A stretch of 64,000 nt of DNA, taken from NCBI RefSeq assembly GCF_000143415.4, contig NW_003314275.1, positions 749,955-813,954 on the forward strand, given 5' to 3'. Positions within the stretch are counted from its first letter, which is position 1; each line of letters starts with the position of its first letter. Position numbers and translations under genes: made by a program. This document shows positions 1 through 12,691 of this stretch, piece after piece. A model generated the notes under the pieces. It saw only the letters and a program-made list of their open reading frames with translations. It did no database searches and had not been told where the DNA came from. The DNA comes from Selaginella moellendorffii (Eukaryota > Plantae > Lycopodiophyta).

Positions 1-1414
1 TTAAAAAACCTAAATTAAAGCCTAATGTCCATTGAAGTTGTGTAATATTGACAAGTGAAATAATCTAGTACAAAGAGGGAACTTTAAAAGTTATTTATGA
101 CAAATCAAACAACACAAATAATGTAGTACAAGGAGCACAATGCAAAAGATATATTTTTCTGACAAATGGAAAAAAAAGAGATAAAATGGATAAACAAGAG
201 AAAAAAGAGTAAAATTGCTATTTATAAAAGACATAAGAGGAAACTACAACAATTTTTTCTGAGATAAAATAAAGAATAAAAAATTTTAACAACTAAAAAA
301 TATTGTGCAACATTGTAAAATTTTTACATCTAAAAAGCATATTATATTATAAAACTAAAAATATTTTCATCTTGCATGTTCAACGCTTTAGCGTGTGATG
401 TCACATTAAAGAATTTTCAAGTGCAGAATATTCCCACACGTGTCAGTGAGAGATTTAGGGCTAAGGTTATCATTTTTTTGAGTTTCAACAATGGGTGGCA
501 GCAGACATAAAAGATAGAGCTCACAGCTTGATAGATCGAGTTCCGATATAGGTTTGGTCAAGCATGTCTCACGTAGGGAGGAAGTAGGCCAGAAAAATCC
601 ATCCCCACCTCCTTTTGAGACTGTTTGTCGATAAGTTCGTCTGCCTGATTTGCAATCATATACCTCTCTTTCCTATTCGGCCTTCTTGTGTTCTTGATCC
701 GATCCTGCAGCACGATCTTGATCGCGATCTCTTTCTGCACAAGAATTTCCTTCTGTATGAGCTAAAGTAATAAGCTTTAAAACATCCTTTCAGATTCCAG
801 ATTTCTCAGCTTGATTTTAAACTCGATTTTGGAAGAAAGCAGATGATTTCGTTAGGGTGATGGTCAAACAAGGAAGGAACCTGCTCTATAAACCTCCCCC
901 TCCCCCCCGGCTTGAAATTCTCGAATGTTTCAAGAATAAAAGAGCAAACACATCTCTTTGGTGATGTAAATCAAGGGCTTTGGAAATTAATGAAGAAGCT
1001 CTGCCCCTTTTGGTACTTATGCCTGGGTGCTAACAGATGTATTATTATTCTCAGATATACTGGAATGCTGTGTAATATGCTCTACGTCTCCACCTCTTCA
1101 TATAAAACTACCTTCGACACCTAGACTTTGCTCGGCGGCAGCAGGGGCCATTTCTTCATCGTATTCTTCTCTGATGTGGATTTGTAGAATGCGTGAGAGA
1201 TAGATGTGGAAGAAAAACTATCCCAAAACCAATGTGTGTTCGTTCTAGAGTGTTCTCCAAGCCTGTCCTGGTTTCAGTCGTCACATCATTTTGGCCCACT
1301 CAGCAAGTGCATGATGCCCTCGTGTTTGATTAACGCAAAGATCCAAGCTCAGTGCAACAAGAGCTGGAACACAAATCAGTCTTCGTCAATTGCCTTTTTT
1401 CTTTGGTTTTAAGC

Positions 1415-1650
1415 ATGAAAGATCAACCCTCTAGGAGGTGCCCAAGCGCTTGCCAACAGTTGAGCCAATGGAAGCATCTCATAGAGACACCCGAGTTTGC
1501 AGCCCTTCACCGACTTGAATTGTAGTCCTCCTCATGTCTTGGGTCTAGAAGCAGATGAGGACGTGCCTCTTTAGGCCCTTTGCAGGGGTTCATATAACAT
1601 GGTTTGTTAGTCCTAGTCTTCTGCCACGTGGCACGGGGGTTACTTAGGAG
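1415..1650 (+). pseudogene. F-box gene remnant
   Basis: One frame reads CQQLSQWKHLIETPEFAALHRLEL*, resembling the F-box end of the intact gene at 33276 (VCKQWKDLIESPRFKSLH); followed by a stop. Confidence 0.4.
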
Positions 1651-2166
1651 GAGCAATCTGTCCTTGATCTCTTATGATCTTTCGTCCGATCTCCATGTGA
1701 GTTTTTTTCTGAGTTTTTCTCTTATGAAAAGACCAACACCAATGTTTCCAGGCGCAAAATATCGCAGCGATAGAGAAGGAAAATGCAAGAGGACCAGAGT
1801 TTCGTGACTTTGAAAAGCTCCAACCCTCTTGGAGATCTGTTCTAACTCTGGGAGGAACATTCAAAGCAATAGTTCTCGACACCAAGATTGGACAGGCAGT
1901 CATGCTTGATGTGTGCAATATGTTTTTGGTGCCAAAGGTACCTTTGGTTTCATAGTGTCCAAGGTCTTGACTTTTGCAACAGGCCAAGGCTCACGAGTGG
2001 CTCTATTCATCCAAGGAAGGACAATGGCAAGTGGTTGAAAGTGCCAAGGCCACTCGGCTTATCATGGTAAGACTTGCTGACTATAAAACTTGCATCGATT
2101 CATCTGTCAGAAATAACCTGTGTTTCTTCTTTTCGGACAGGTTTACCTTGAAACTGACCGTCAGAC

Positions 2167-4449
2167 TGTCGAGGGCCAGAGCCAGCTCAAGAATAAGACT
2201 TGGTCAAAGTCAGGGGTTTTATCCTTTATAGTAGGGGAATAAGGGAATATTTGGCTAGAAACGGGTGCATCCCTTGGTGCCAAAGGTTGACAACAAGGGG
2301 GATGGCCAATTTCCAGGCATAGTATGTGTGTAGAAGTGAAGGGAGTGAAAGAAAAGAGAATGTTCTTGGAAGGATGCCTCGTTCAACAGCCTTGGAGTGC
2401 GTGGAGTGGAGGTTGGCAATGCAGCAGCGACTATGGTTGTTTGAGGAGCGCATTACAGCAAGAATCACTCAAGATCAACCAATCTGTGTGAGTTGTCCAA
2501 CTTATGGGCAGCCCTGGGTTAGGATGTAAGCAGAGGGTCTAGCAAAGGTCACTGACGAAGCTAGAGATGTGGCTAGGCAGTAGTGATTCTCCACATCTCT
2601 GGTGTGTCGTCACAAGGAGCGACATCTTTTGGTGCACTACCTAGGAAACAAAGCGAGCATGGAGATTGTGGTAGAAGGGTGAGCGCCAGGAGAAGTCGGG
2701 CTGCCCTCACCAAATCGAGGCTGTTCATTCCTGGTGTATGAGTCAAAGAAGTCAAGAGAGACTTGTAAAAGCACAAGAGTGAGAGGAAAGACGAGCGAAG
2801 CAAAGACATGAGAGAGAGGTGAGAATTTTGATGTCGGGTAGCAAAGTCCGTGTCCATGAAGTAGAAAGTTGCACCCGAGTCTAGTAGTGCCAGAGCCTTA
2901 AGTCCTGATTGTCCGGTGAAAGAAAGGAGACATGGGATGCAAAAGTTGCGGGAATTGGTGGTGACTTTGATGAAAGGTGGTAAGGAGTTTAATAAAGAAA
3001 AAAATTGATTTTTATTTGGGGAGTCCAAATAGACAGCTCCTACTCTGTTTGGACAAGGTTGTTTCCCGACTGCAACAGAGGTGGACCTTGAGGCAGAGTG
3101 AACTCAAGCAGTCGGGGAGGCTTCTTGGGACACACAACTGCTTTGTGATTAGGATCAGCATAGTAGAGGCAAAGATTATGAGATATTCGACGTTGCTTCT
3201 CAACAGAACTCAACTTCCCTCTAATGAGTTGGGGAGTACCAGAAATATCAATCGGGACCGGAGTAGTAGGTTCAAAAGTATGCCCCGAAGACTCAAGCTG
3301 GGATTCCTGAGTCTAGGACGGGAAAATGGCGGCACGGCGACTTTCCTGATGATGTTCAAAGAGACGATTGTCGCATTAAACAGCTTTGTTGATGGCGTCC
3401 AACAGGTCCGTGGGATCCTTCATGGTGAGCAACAAATCCTTGACACCGTTGTTGAGGCAGAAACGAAATTGATCAATCAGAGCCCGCTCATCCCATTGAG
3501 TGTCCAAGGCAAGGAGTTGGAACTCTGTAGCATAGATCGAGGCAGGACGAGACCCCTGAAAGAGATGTCTTATCTTTGTGGTGGCAACCCAAACCCGATC
3601 CGTCTATGCTTCGAGCTTCTCTTTGAACAATTGAAGATCCATCAGCTCTAGAACCACGACCCCACAAAGCTACACCTTCGAGCAATGTCCCAATCGTGCC
3701 GATTTGAGACTTGGGAGTGGGGTACCGCCGATGTTGAAGTGCGAAGATCAGCTCCATTTGGTTCAGGAATCCGCAAAGCTCTGAACGCTTGCCTGAAAAT
3801 TTCACTAGAAAACTCACCTTCGGTTCAGGAACTTTGCTGGATCCTTGAGCCGAAAGTGAAGCAAACTCCTGTTGCATGCGAAGAAGGGTCGCCTTCAGCT
3901 CGGTATTCTCAAACTGGATTTTTGCAAGGACTTCGGCAAAGAAATCATGATGGCTTGGAGACCCAATCGGCAAAGAAGAAAGAAAAAGGGGGAAAAAGGC
4001 AAAGGCAATCAAACAATCCAAATGAGCTAAAGCAAAAACGAAAAAACACAATCTGAATCAAACTGCTAAGACCCCCAACAAGATCAAGACTGGAAAATGC
4101 AGAAAACAAAGAGAAAAGTTAGTGGAAATGAAGAAGAGGCCTTAGACTAGTGTTGATTTAGATTGTGGAGAAATGGAACAAAGCTAACCTATATATACTA
4201 TAGGTTGATGAAGCTCCACCACTCTTGGATTGAAGACGGCCTAAATATAGTTGAGGTTGAGGAGGTGCCACATCATCATCAGGAATGTGGCTCGAGACTC
4301 AGGAATCGTACGGGAAATCAGAGAGTCAGGAATAGGGAAGTGTCTCGAGAGTCAAGAATAGGGAAGTGTCTCAAGAGTTAGGAATGTGGGCTGCAGGTCA
4401 AGAATCCGGCGAGAGTCAGGAATGTGGCAAGAATTGGGGGTTCCTGACA
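2167..4449 (-). mobile_element. Degenerate Ty3/gypsy element (gag-protease plus probable LTR remnant)
   Basis: Gag motif VPEPKVSFLVKFSGKRSELCGFLNQ..TLLEGVALW (3488-4051); protease ALLDSGATFYFMD (~2850-2900); frameshifts; TGTCAGGAACCCC LTR-like start at 4449 on minus. Boundaries approximate. Confidence 0.75.
4279..4432. repeat. Short degenerate tandem repeats with GAGTCAGGAAT core in putative LTR
   Basis: About 7 copies of TCA(G/A)GAAT; two near-identical GAGAGTCA(G/A)GAATAGGGAAGTGTCTC units. Confidence 0.7.
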
Positions 4450-7400
4450 GTTTTCTACATCGATTTCGTAATCTTGAAGATGAAGGAGGGCATGTTGGGC
4501 TATCCACTGCTGCTTAGACGTCCTTGGCTTCTCCCGGTGGCAACTGTGCATAATTGGCGTATAGGAATTCTTGCAATTGGCGATGGCAATAATTGTGTTA
4601 AAAGTCCAAGTTCATTTTTGCCTTAGGGCACAGCGAGTACTTGGGGCAGAACAGGAGGATGAAGACAGCTCTAATACATCCAATTCTAGCAGCTAGACAA
4701 ACAATGAGGATGATGAGGAGGGTAGCAGCAGCATAGCCAGTTGTGAGGAGCTAGAAATGGTGGATGTGGCTGCTGTTGCCAGGAATTCCTGGGGTAAGCC
4801 TCTTTCGACATGCAACATTGAGGAGCTTGAGAGCTGGCTGTTGGGAAAGGATGGAGAGTTGCCTTTCAACAGTGTACAGGTGGAAGAAGAAGAGACTGCT
4901 ACCAGACAGCAGCGAGGACGGAGCCCTTTTCCTTGCTACATAGCTATAGTGCTTCATGAGATGTGGATGGACTGCATTTTGAATCTTGATGTGAGGAACA
5001 ATTTTTTGAGCGAGGAACTAGTTGCCACTTGCCAGCTCAAAACTATTCAGTGGAGCAGCTGTGTTGGGCTATACGAGCAGGAGTTAAAGCAGATCATATA
5101 TAGAGTTCTAGGTTTGACAATTAAGATACCAGAATTTCCAGTTGACCTGGATTTTTTGGTGGCACCTTGGAAAATGGACAACTATATCTTGTTGGGATGA
5201 GATTTTTTTAAGGTAGCAAGAGTGTCTCATCAGTGGAATGATCCTCTTCACTTGTGGATTCCAAATCCACATGGTAGTGGCAGAGTGCAGATCGGCATGG
5301 AAGAAGGGGATGAGCCTAGCGAGCAAGTTTTTATCACAGTGTTGGGATCAAGAGCTGAAAATCAAGCTATGCCAATACCAGTGGTGTTCCAGACAGTGGA
5401 TAGTTTTGAGGCTTGAGTGGGAGGAACCAAAGCGATGCATCTCACAACATTTTTGGAGAATGCAGATCTTACAGCAATAGTGGATCTAGGAGCACTTGGC
5501 AACTTTTTAACAAAAGATGGAGCGGCTCGAGCAAGCTTGGTGGTTACAGCTCTTCATGAGCATTACATTGCCGTCTATGCCGATGGTGGAGTTTTTCCAG
5601 TGAGTTCCAATGTAGTGATTGGTGAGGAAGACTTTCACGAGGTGCCTTTTTATGTGATCGAGGGCACTGTGACCAATGTACCAATTACTTTGGGAGCAGC
5701 TTGGCTTTTCTAGGTGTGGGCTAGTCATGACTATGTGATTGGTACTCTGGTGGTGGAAGATGATAATCATCGATCTCGGACAATCATCTTGTCTGATATT
5801 AGTGCGTTTGACTATCACTTTTCTTACATGCTGAAAGTTGAGAAGGTTTCAAAGTTAAAAAGCAAGTGGCAGCATGCAAGGATCGTAGTATGCTCAACTA
5901 TTTTTGGAGTTTCAAGATGTGTTTGCATGGAGCTATGCTAAATTTGCTGGAGTAGATCTGGAGTTGGTGCAACACAGGATTCCCTTGCTTCCAAATGCAG
6001 TGCCATAGCAACAAAGAGCTTATAAGATGAATATGAGCTATGCTAAGGCTGTGCGTGAAGAGCTTCAAAAGCTGTTGGATACAAGATTTATTGAAGAAGT
6101 GGAGGCTACAGATTGGCTTTTGCCAATTGTAGTGGTCCGAAAGAAGAATGGTAAACTTAGAGTATGTGTGGATTATCACCACCTTAATGCTGCAATGAGG
6201 CAGGATGGATTTCCTCTTCCCTTCACAGATGTGGTGCTAGATAGGGTTGCTGGGAAGGAGTTGTACAGCTTTATGGATGGTTATAGTGGATATAACCAGA
6301 TCCAGGTGGCTCCTGAGGATCGAGCAAAAACAACATTCATTACAGAGTGGGGTTGCTATATTTTTCGTGTCATGCCATTCAGTTTGATGAACACACCAGC
6401 TACTTTCCAATGTGTGGTGACTTTAGCATTCAAATCTCTTCTTCATGAGAGTGTGGAAGTCTTCTTGGATGACTTCTCGACTTTTGGAAGCTGCAGGAAA
6501 CATCTAGAGCAGCTTCGTGCAGTGTTCCAGCAATGCCAAAAGTTTGGTATTTCTCTTAATCCTAGGAAGTACCAATTTGGAGTAACGCACGGGGTGTTGC
6601 TTGGCAGGGTCGTCTCGGCTCGAGGCTTGGAGGTGGATCCTGCAAAAGTGAATGTAGTGGAGGAGCTTGAGGCACCATAGACTGTGAAGGAGCTACATGC
6701 TTTTCTTAGCCATGTTAGTTATCACCGACACTTTATCTGGCATTATGCTGATATAGCTTTTCCTTTGATGGGCCTCTTGAAAAAGAATGTTCCTTTTGCA
6801 TGGACCCCTAAGTGCCAAGCTTCCTTTATACAGTTGATGTGAGACTTGACGACTGCTCCAATTCTTAAGCCGCCAGACTGGAATTTGAAATTCCATGTGC
6901 ATGTCAACACCTCAGCTTATGCTATTGGTGCTGTTTTATGTCAGTTAGTTAATGGTTAGGATCATCCCATCTTTTATTCGAGTAGGCAGTTATCTCTGGC
7001 TGAGAAGAATTATACAGCCACTAAACGCAAGGGCTTGGGAATGGTGTTTGCTGTTTCCAAATATCGCCACTATCTGCTGGGAAAGCCATTTCTCTTCTAT
7101 CTGGATCACTAGGTGCTGCGCTATCTGTCAACAAGCCCTGTTGACATGGCCGAATCACTCACTGGTTGCTTCTGCTTCAAGAATTTGAATTCGAGATCAT
7201 GTTGAAGCCGGGAAAATCTCATGTGATGCCTAATCATCTTTCAAGATTACCAAGAGAACCTGCCAAGGAAGGAGTTTATGATGAGCTGCCCAATGCTCCT
7301 CTTTTCTTGTTGGAGGGCAGACAGGTTTCTGCAGAAATTCCAACTGTCTTCTTAACTCAATCAAAAGCAGAGGAGCTGCTGTTATACCAGGTTGTAGCTG

Positions 7401-7640
7401 TGCCGGAGTGGTATCAGGGTCTTGCAGAATTTCTTGCTGCTGGCAGATTTCCTAATGATATGCCGAAGGTGGCATAGAAGAGGCTTTTGTGCCAGTCACG
7501 AGCTTTCACCTTGATCGCTGGCTAGCTTTATAAAGAGGGAAGAGATGGTGTTCTGAGGCACTACATTCTTCCTCATGAGGTGTAGCAGATGATTGGCTCT
7601 TGCCATGATTCTCCCTACGGTGGGCATTATGCAGCAGCAG
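4450..7640 (+). mobile_element. Degenerate Ty3/gypsy pol fragment, non-chromovirus-like RT (protease-like repeats, RT, RNase H, start of integrase)
   Basis: RT 6027-6680 (PIVVVRKKNGKLRVCVDY, FMDGYSGYNQI, VFLDDF); RNase H with stops ~6700-7250; integrase start ..CHDSPYGGHY truncated at ~7635. Confidence 0.9.
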
Positions 7641-7773
7641 CGACTAGAAATTAGAAATTAGAATGATAGGTTTCAGGTTAGAAACCTAGCTGCATGAAAC
7701 CTATAATTCTAATTAATAATGCCTAGTCGCTGCTAGAATTCAGCGACTAGAATTATGCTGTGAGGTTTCTAAC
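7636..7773. repeat. Inverted-repeat filler DNA at retrotransposon/METTL13 junction
   Basis: AGCAGCGACTAG (7636) pairs with CTAGTCGCTGCT (7723-7734); inner 20-nt arms with 1 mismatch; extra CAGCGACTAG at 7741. Confidence 0.75.
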
Positions 7774-9972
7774 TCTTGGTTGCGAAAATCTACATTTTCC
7801 TGCTGCCACACGATGGAGTTTGTACAGGGACTCTGCTGGAGGAGGTAACAATGCCGTGCATCGATTAACAAACAGAAACCATTGACTTTTCTCTCCTTTG
7901 TTCAGATCGATTCTCCATTAACGGGTAACATGCTTGTAGAGGATGTTGTATCATCCGACAAAAAAAAGGCTTTCTTTCGACGCCTGTTCTTTAAACGTAA
8001 TCCCAACCTCATCCAGTCGGAGGCTTTACTAACGCCAACGAATGGATTTCGACGCGTGGGTAGTAAAAAGAAAAACAAACATGGCAAAGAAACTGCAGCG
8101 CAGAGAAAACAAAGTACGTGGTATAGAAACTTCTTGACTTTAATCAAAGTGTAACTTTTTTTCTTTCTTGTTCTTGTGTTTGTTCCAGACACCACGGATG
8201 AGATGAAGGTAGATCACAGTTACTTGGCCAGTCCGTATCACGAAGGGATGGTGGCAGGCCTATCTTTGATCTCTACTAAGATTGAGTCATGCGTATCTTC
8301 CAAAGAACAGGCATGGCAATCAAAGTGTTCGCTATTTTCTGCTTGTGACAAAGAATTAATCCTCAACTACTAGTACAGATTCGTGTGATGATCGTTGGGC
8401 TTGGTGCTGGATTGCTCCCAATGTTTCTGTACAAGCATTTTCCCTTCAACAGCATTGAGGTAAAGTGTTCTCTTTATTTTTCGTTACATGACAAAAGGTT
8501 TTTTCTTGTTTAAGGTAGTGGAGCTGGATCCGGTTGTTGCTGATTTGGCAAAGCGTCACTTTGGATTTGTGGAAGACGATCGCATGCAGGCATGAGAGTC
8601 CCCAATTTTCTTTTTCTTCTTAACCAATATATTCTCTTACAGCTGAGACTTGGAGATGGATTAGCCGCTGTCGATGCTATAGCAAAACAAGAGGTATGAG
8701 TTGAAAGATCAAACTTGAAAGAAGAAACTCTCAAATATTTCTTATTTCAGATGGAAGAACAAGCTAACAGGGAGAACACTAGACATAAATTGCACATACT
8801 ACTCATTGACGCTGATTCCTCCGATCCAAGGTTCTGTTCTCTCTTTTCTGTTGATATTTGTTGATAACTCCGTTGCAGTAATGGGCTAAGCTGCCCTCCA
8901 GAGGAATTCCTTCTCGAAACATTCCTCCGCAGTGCGAAAGCTGCTCTGGAACCCGAAGGAATCCTCGTCATAAAAGTTGTTTCGCGGGCTCGTGAGCCTC
9001 ACATACAAGCAGATCAGAGAATGTGTAAAGTAAGCTCGCTAGACTCTCGTTTCTGGTAGCAGTAAGAGCTTACAAGTTGTTCTTGCTTTGCAGACTTTTA
9101 GCGAAGTCTACAGCCTGCAAGTCGACGAAGACGTGAACCGGGTGGTGTTTGGATTGCCACAGCCGAGTAACCTGAGAGACTCCACCGCGATTTTTAACGC
9201 TGGAGTGCTACTGAAGAATGTCGCGGGCCAGTTTGCTTCGTGGGACAAAGGCCCCAACGTCAAGGACGTACTAAAGAAGATCAAGCGGATCAAGTGACAG
9301 TGAGAAGAAAAAGGTCTGGTTTTAGTTTCTTTCCATCTTTTCTCATTCTCTCTGGGGGTTTTTGCGCGAGTTTTCTCTAGAGAAACGCACTGTACAGATG
9401 TACCATCGCTATACTTTTTTTGCAAACAAAGAGTCCTAAACGATGATCCTTGGTGTGTCATCGAAATCAAAGGAAAGATGGTTTTTTGCTCTCCTGCAAA
9501 CTGCATGAGAAGATTCATCGCGTGAATCTCTCAGAAAGCCACAGGAGAGATCGACAAGATCTAATCTGTGCATTGTGTGAATGAGCGACACGCACTAGAA
9601 ATTAAATCGCTTGTAGCCCCAGAAAAGATGCACGAAAAAGCGAGAAGAATGAAGAATCTCTCCTACATGAGATGAGATCTTTGTCCAGAGAAGAAGAGAT
9701 GAAAGAAATCCCAGGACATTGCGAAAGGAGATCAGCAATGTAGCATTAGCTGAACGGGCAAAGCTCACGCGATAGAATCTTCGCAGTGCCCCAGTACTAA
9801 ATGCGCGAGAAAAAACAAAAGAGAGAGAAGAAGGTGCTATGGCGTCCATCAGTCGAACAAGGCAGCGAACAACGAATCGCTGACCCGTGCTATGGAAGCC
9901 GCGAGAAATCGTTGTGGCATCCGCGTATAAGCGAGCCGCGAAGAAAGAGAAGCGCCCTAGGGCACACACACA

Positions 9973-10989
9973 ATGCGGCAAAGAGCGATCGCCAGCGGCG
10001 AAGTTGTGACAGAGCTGGAGCTCGTCTTCCTCAGGCTGTCCGCGATCGATCTGTGCCAGGCCAGGTGCGTGTGCCGCGAATGGCGACGAGCAATTGACGA
10101 TCCCATCTTCCGCAAAGGCTACGCTCTCTCCCACCGCTGCATCCCTCACCTCTTCCTTCGTCTCTCTGGATCCCTCCTCGTCAAGCCGCTCGACAGCTCC
10201 CCTCGCAACGAGTGGCGCCACTTCCAGACGCTCCCCAACAACATGACCATCGCCAGCAGCGACGCGGGCTTGCTGTGCCTGGCCACGTTTGAGGATAGGT
10301 TGACGCTATCATCTATCTTCGTGTGGCGCTACGGGATCTCAACTCCTCCCCGGTGAGAGTTCCGTTGCCGCCAGAGACCGACCCTGACATGAGCTTGATG
10401 GTGTACCGCCGCGAGAGGGATCGATCAACGCGAGAGTTTTGCGTCGCTGGCTTCGGGCCATCGCTCGCCTTCTACATCTACGACTCGGCCTCGGGCGTCG
10501 CGCGAGAACTACCCAGACATAGGGGACATGGAGGACGGGAATGGTTTCTATCCGATGCTGGATCACGGGGAGCTGGTGATGCTTTGCACGGATACCTGGA
10601 GCCTCGTGAGATACAACGTGTGGGATGATTCCTGGCGCATTTTCAAGCTTGATTCCGACGAGTTGGACATGGAATGGAGGTGGTCCTTTCTTCAGCTGGA
10701 TCGGGATCGGCTGTTCCTGGTTAGTAATGACTTGCTCGCGGAAGATCACGAGGGGCTGATTGTCGTAGAGAGGCGGGGAGAGAAGTGGGAGATTGTTTCG
10801 AGCCGTGATGAGGAGTTTGATAATTTGGACGTGTGCACTGTGTGCACTGATGGGAGCCACAGTATATGGCTGCTTGACCGGTTTAACTCGCGGATTACGC
10901 ACTTTGGAGTCGATTCCAAGAGCTGGTCAGTGGAGGAGACGCCCAAGGCTGTGACAGGATTCGTGGACTTTGCTTGGTTCTCTTGTTAG
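9973..10989 (+). pseudogene. F-box protein gene with two compensating frameshifts
   Basis: F-box LELVFLRLSAIDLCQARCVCREWRRAIDDPIF; coding continues in ORFs 10323-10628 (FYIYDSASGVARELP) and 10528-10989; frames 1, 0, 1. Confidence 0.75.
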
Positions 10990-11316
10990 TGCTGAAAATC
11001 GGGAGTTCTTTCTCGAAGAAGATCCAGGGCACTGCTGTGAGCTAATGCTGTGATGATCAGCATCGTTGTTAGAATGGTGGTGAAGGAACAACAAGGTGGT
11101 AAATCGCTACTTTGCGAAAAACAAGATTGAGCATGTTTGTGACACGGAAGAAAAGTGTGCACAAGCTCTTGGGGAATAAGGAGTCAGTGCCCCGAGCCAA
11201 ATCGTTGTGGCATCCGCGAAGAAAGAGCGGTGCCTCAATGTTAAGATGCAAGAACCCTAAAATCAAAAGAATCATATGCAAGAAACTTAACATCACTTTA
11301 TCATGAGAAACTTCAC

Positions 11317-11794
11317 TCACTTGCTGCTACAACACTGGAGGAATCCATTGTTGTTCTGCACACACTTGTTAATCAGTACTGAGGTATAACGATACTGGCC
11401 ATTGCCATAGCACTGGGCATTGATGGAAGCAGGACTTGGAGCTGGAGGATGGTACCACGGGGTGATCACTACATTCTGGCACGAGGCAACAAAGTTTCTG
11501 CCGCAGTTGAGGGTGCCTCCATTGTTGCTGAAGCAATCGTTAAGATTGATGCTGCTCCTTTGGAGCTGGCCATTGGGCTTGTAACAATTGGCAGTCAATG
11601 TTGTGCCGCTTATAACCTCTGAGTTCTTGTCACAGGTATCCTCAAAGTTGCATGCCTGCATCAAAACCAAATTGAGTATGATTAGCTATAGTTCCAGTAT
11701 GGGCATTTGCAACAAACTAATAGCTTACAGCGTTGCTTGTCCCTGCAAGCGCTACAAGAGCAAAGACTAAGTAGATAATAAACTGCGAAGACAT
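11317..11794 (-). CDS. Secreted cyanovirin-N homolog (CVNH) lectin; exons 11794-11729 and 11655-11317
   Basis: Signal peptide MSSQFIIYLVFALVALAGTSNA; 73-nt GT-AG intron; two CVNH half-repeats (NFEDTC..LTANC..SSINLNDCFSNNGGTL / NFVASC..INAQC..TSVLINKCVQNNNGFL). Confidence 0.9.
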
Positions 11795-12691
11795 GATAGA
11801 ATGCGAGTTGTAGAGATTGTGGGTTCTGATCCCACTGTTGGACTTTTATACTGGCAAATGAGAAATTCCAACACGGAAGTGCAAGTAGCTCAACCAAGCT
11901 CTTTAGATTTTCCTTAAGAAAAAGAGGGTGGATGGTTCATGTCTATAATTTTTCACCAATCCTTCAAAATAATATCTAATTAATAAATCTTGCTATTTAA
12001 TAAACAAGAAACGTTATATTGTAGAGAAACAACTCCTACAAACAACTGTCAAATTCCTCAAAAACAATATTCAATAAGAAAATTCAGTATTAAGGCTGAA
12101 GGCTAAGGGCATGTTAATTAGAGCTAATGTAATCAAAGTTAAGTAAAGCATTAAACTGGTGAATGCCAAAATCAATTCCAGACTTTTGATGGAGAAGTTG
12201 CTGTGGATGAAGCCTTGAGTTGGTGGGGTAAAATTTCAAAGCTCATCCAGGTCCATAGATAATTAGAGCATGTTGTTTATGATAAAGGTTTGGACGATAC
12301 TCAAGCACTGATCCTCTTGAAGGTTTGTCTCTCCACCAAGCACCTGAAGAAAACAAAGATCTCTGTGAGCTCAAGGAAAGACTGGAGCTCCCAATCCAGA
12401 TGCCACTGATGTTGTCATGTTTAAGTCATTATCCACTTAATACAACCGCAAGCGGAAGAACTAGAGGTACTGGCGGAGAAGAAAGAATCTCGACTCCAGC
12501 GTTCAATGCCAATCAAGATCCATCCGCATGTCCAGAACAAAGGTTGGGAGCTCGGTCATCGCATCACATTTTCTCTTTGTTTCTTTGCTTTAGGGAATTT
12601 TTAGGGCCCAAGATCAATGGCCATAAATTAGGGCTCTTGAGGTTTAGGCGCGAAGTGCTTTTTAAAAGAGGAGAAGAATATTCGCGGGGAT

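Larger units (their letters stand above)
1650..9297 (+). pseudogene. METTL13: METTL13/eEF1A-KNMT-like methyltransferase, 5'-truncated and interrupted by ~5.5 kb of retrotransposon debris
   Basis: Exons left of the insertion: FKAIVLD..CNMFLVPK|AKAHEWLYSSKEGQWQVVESAKATRLIM|VYLETD. Exons right of it: FLLPHDG..LEE|IDSPLTGNMLVEDVV..FFRRLFFKRNPNLIQSEALL, VDHSYLASPYHEGMVAGL, IRVMIVGLGAG (SAM-binding), VVELDPVV..FGF, ending KIKRIK* at 9297. N-terminal MTase domain not found; probable frameshift near 7790. Confidence 0.8.

Noticed and set aside
558-740. 60-aa ORF
   Set aside because: Non-ATG start, no motif or splice support.
2977-3651. 224-aa plus-strand ORF and similar antisense ORFs over PPR, ATRX and pol
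   Set aside because: Antisense shadows of real or decayed coding sequence.
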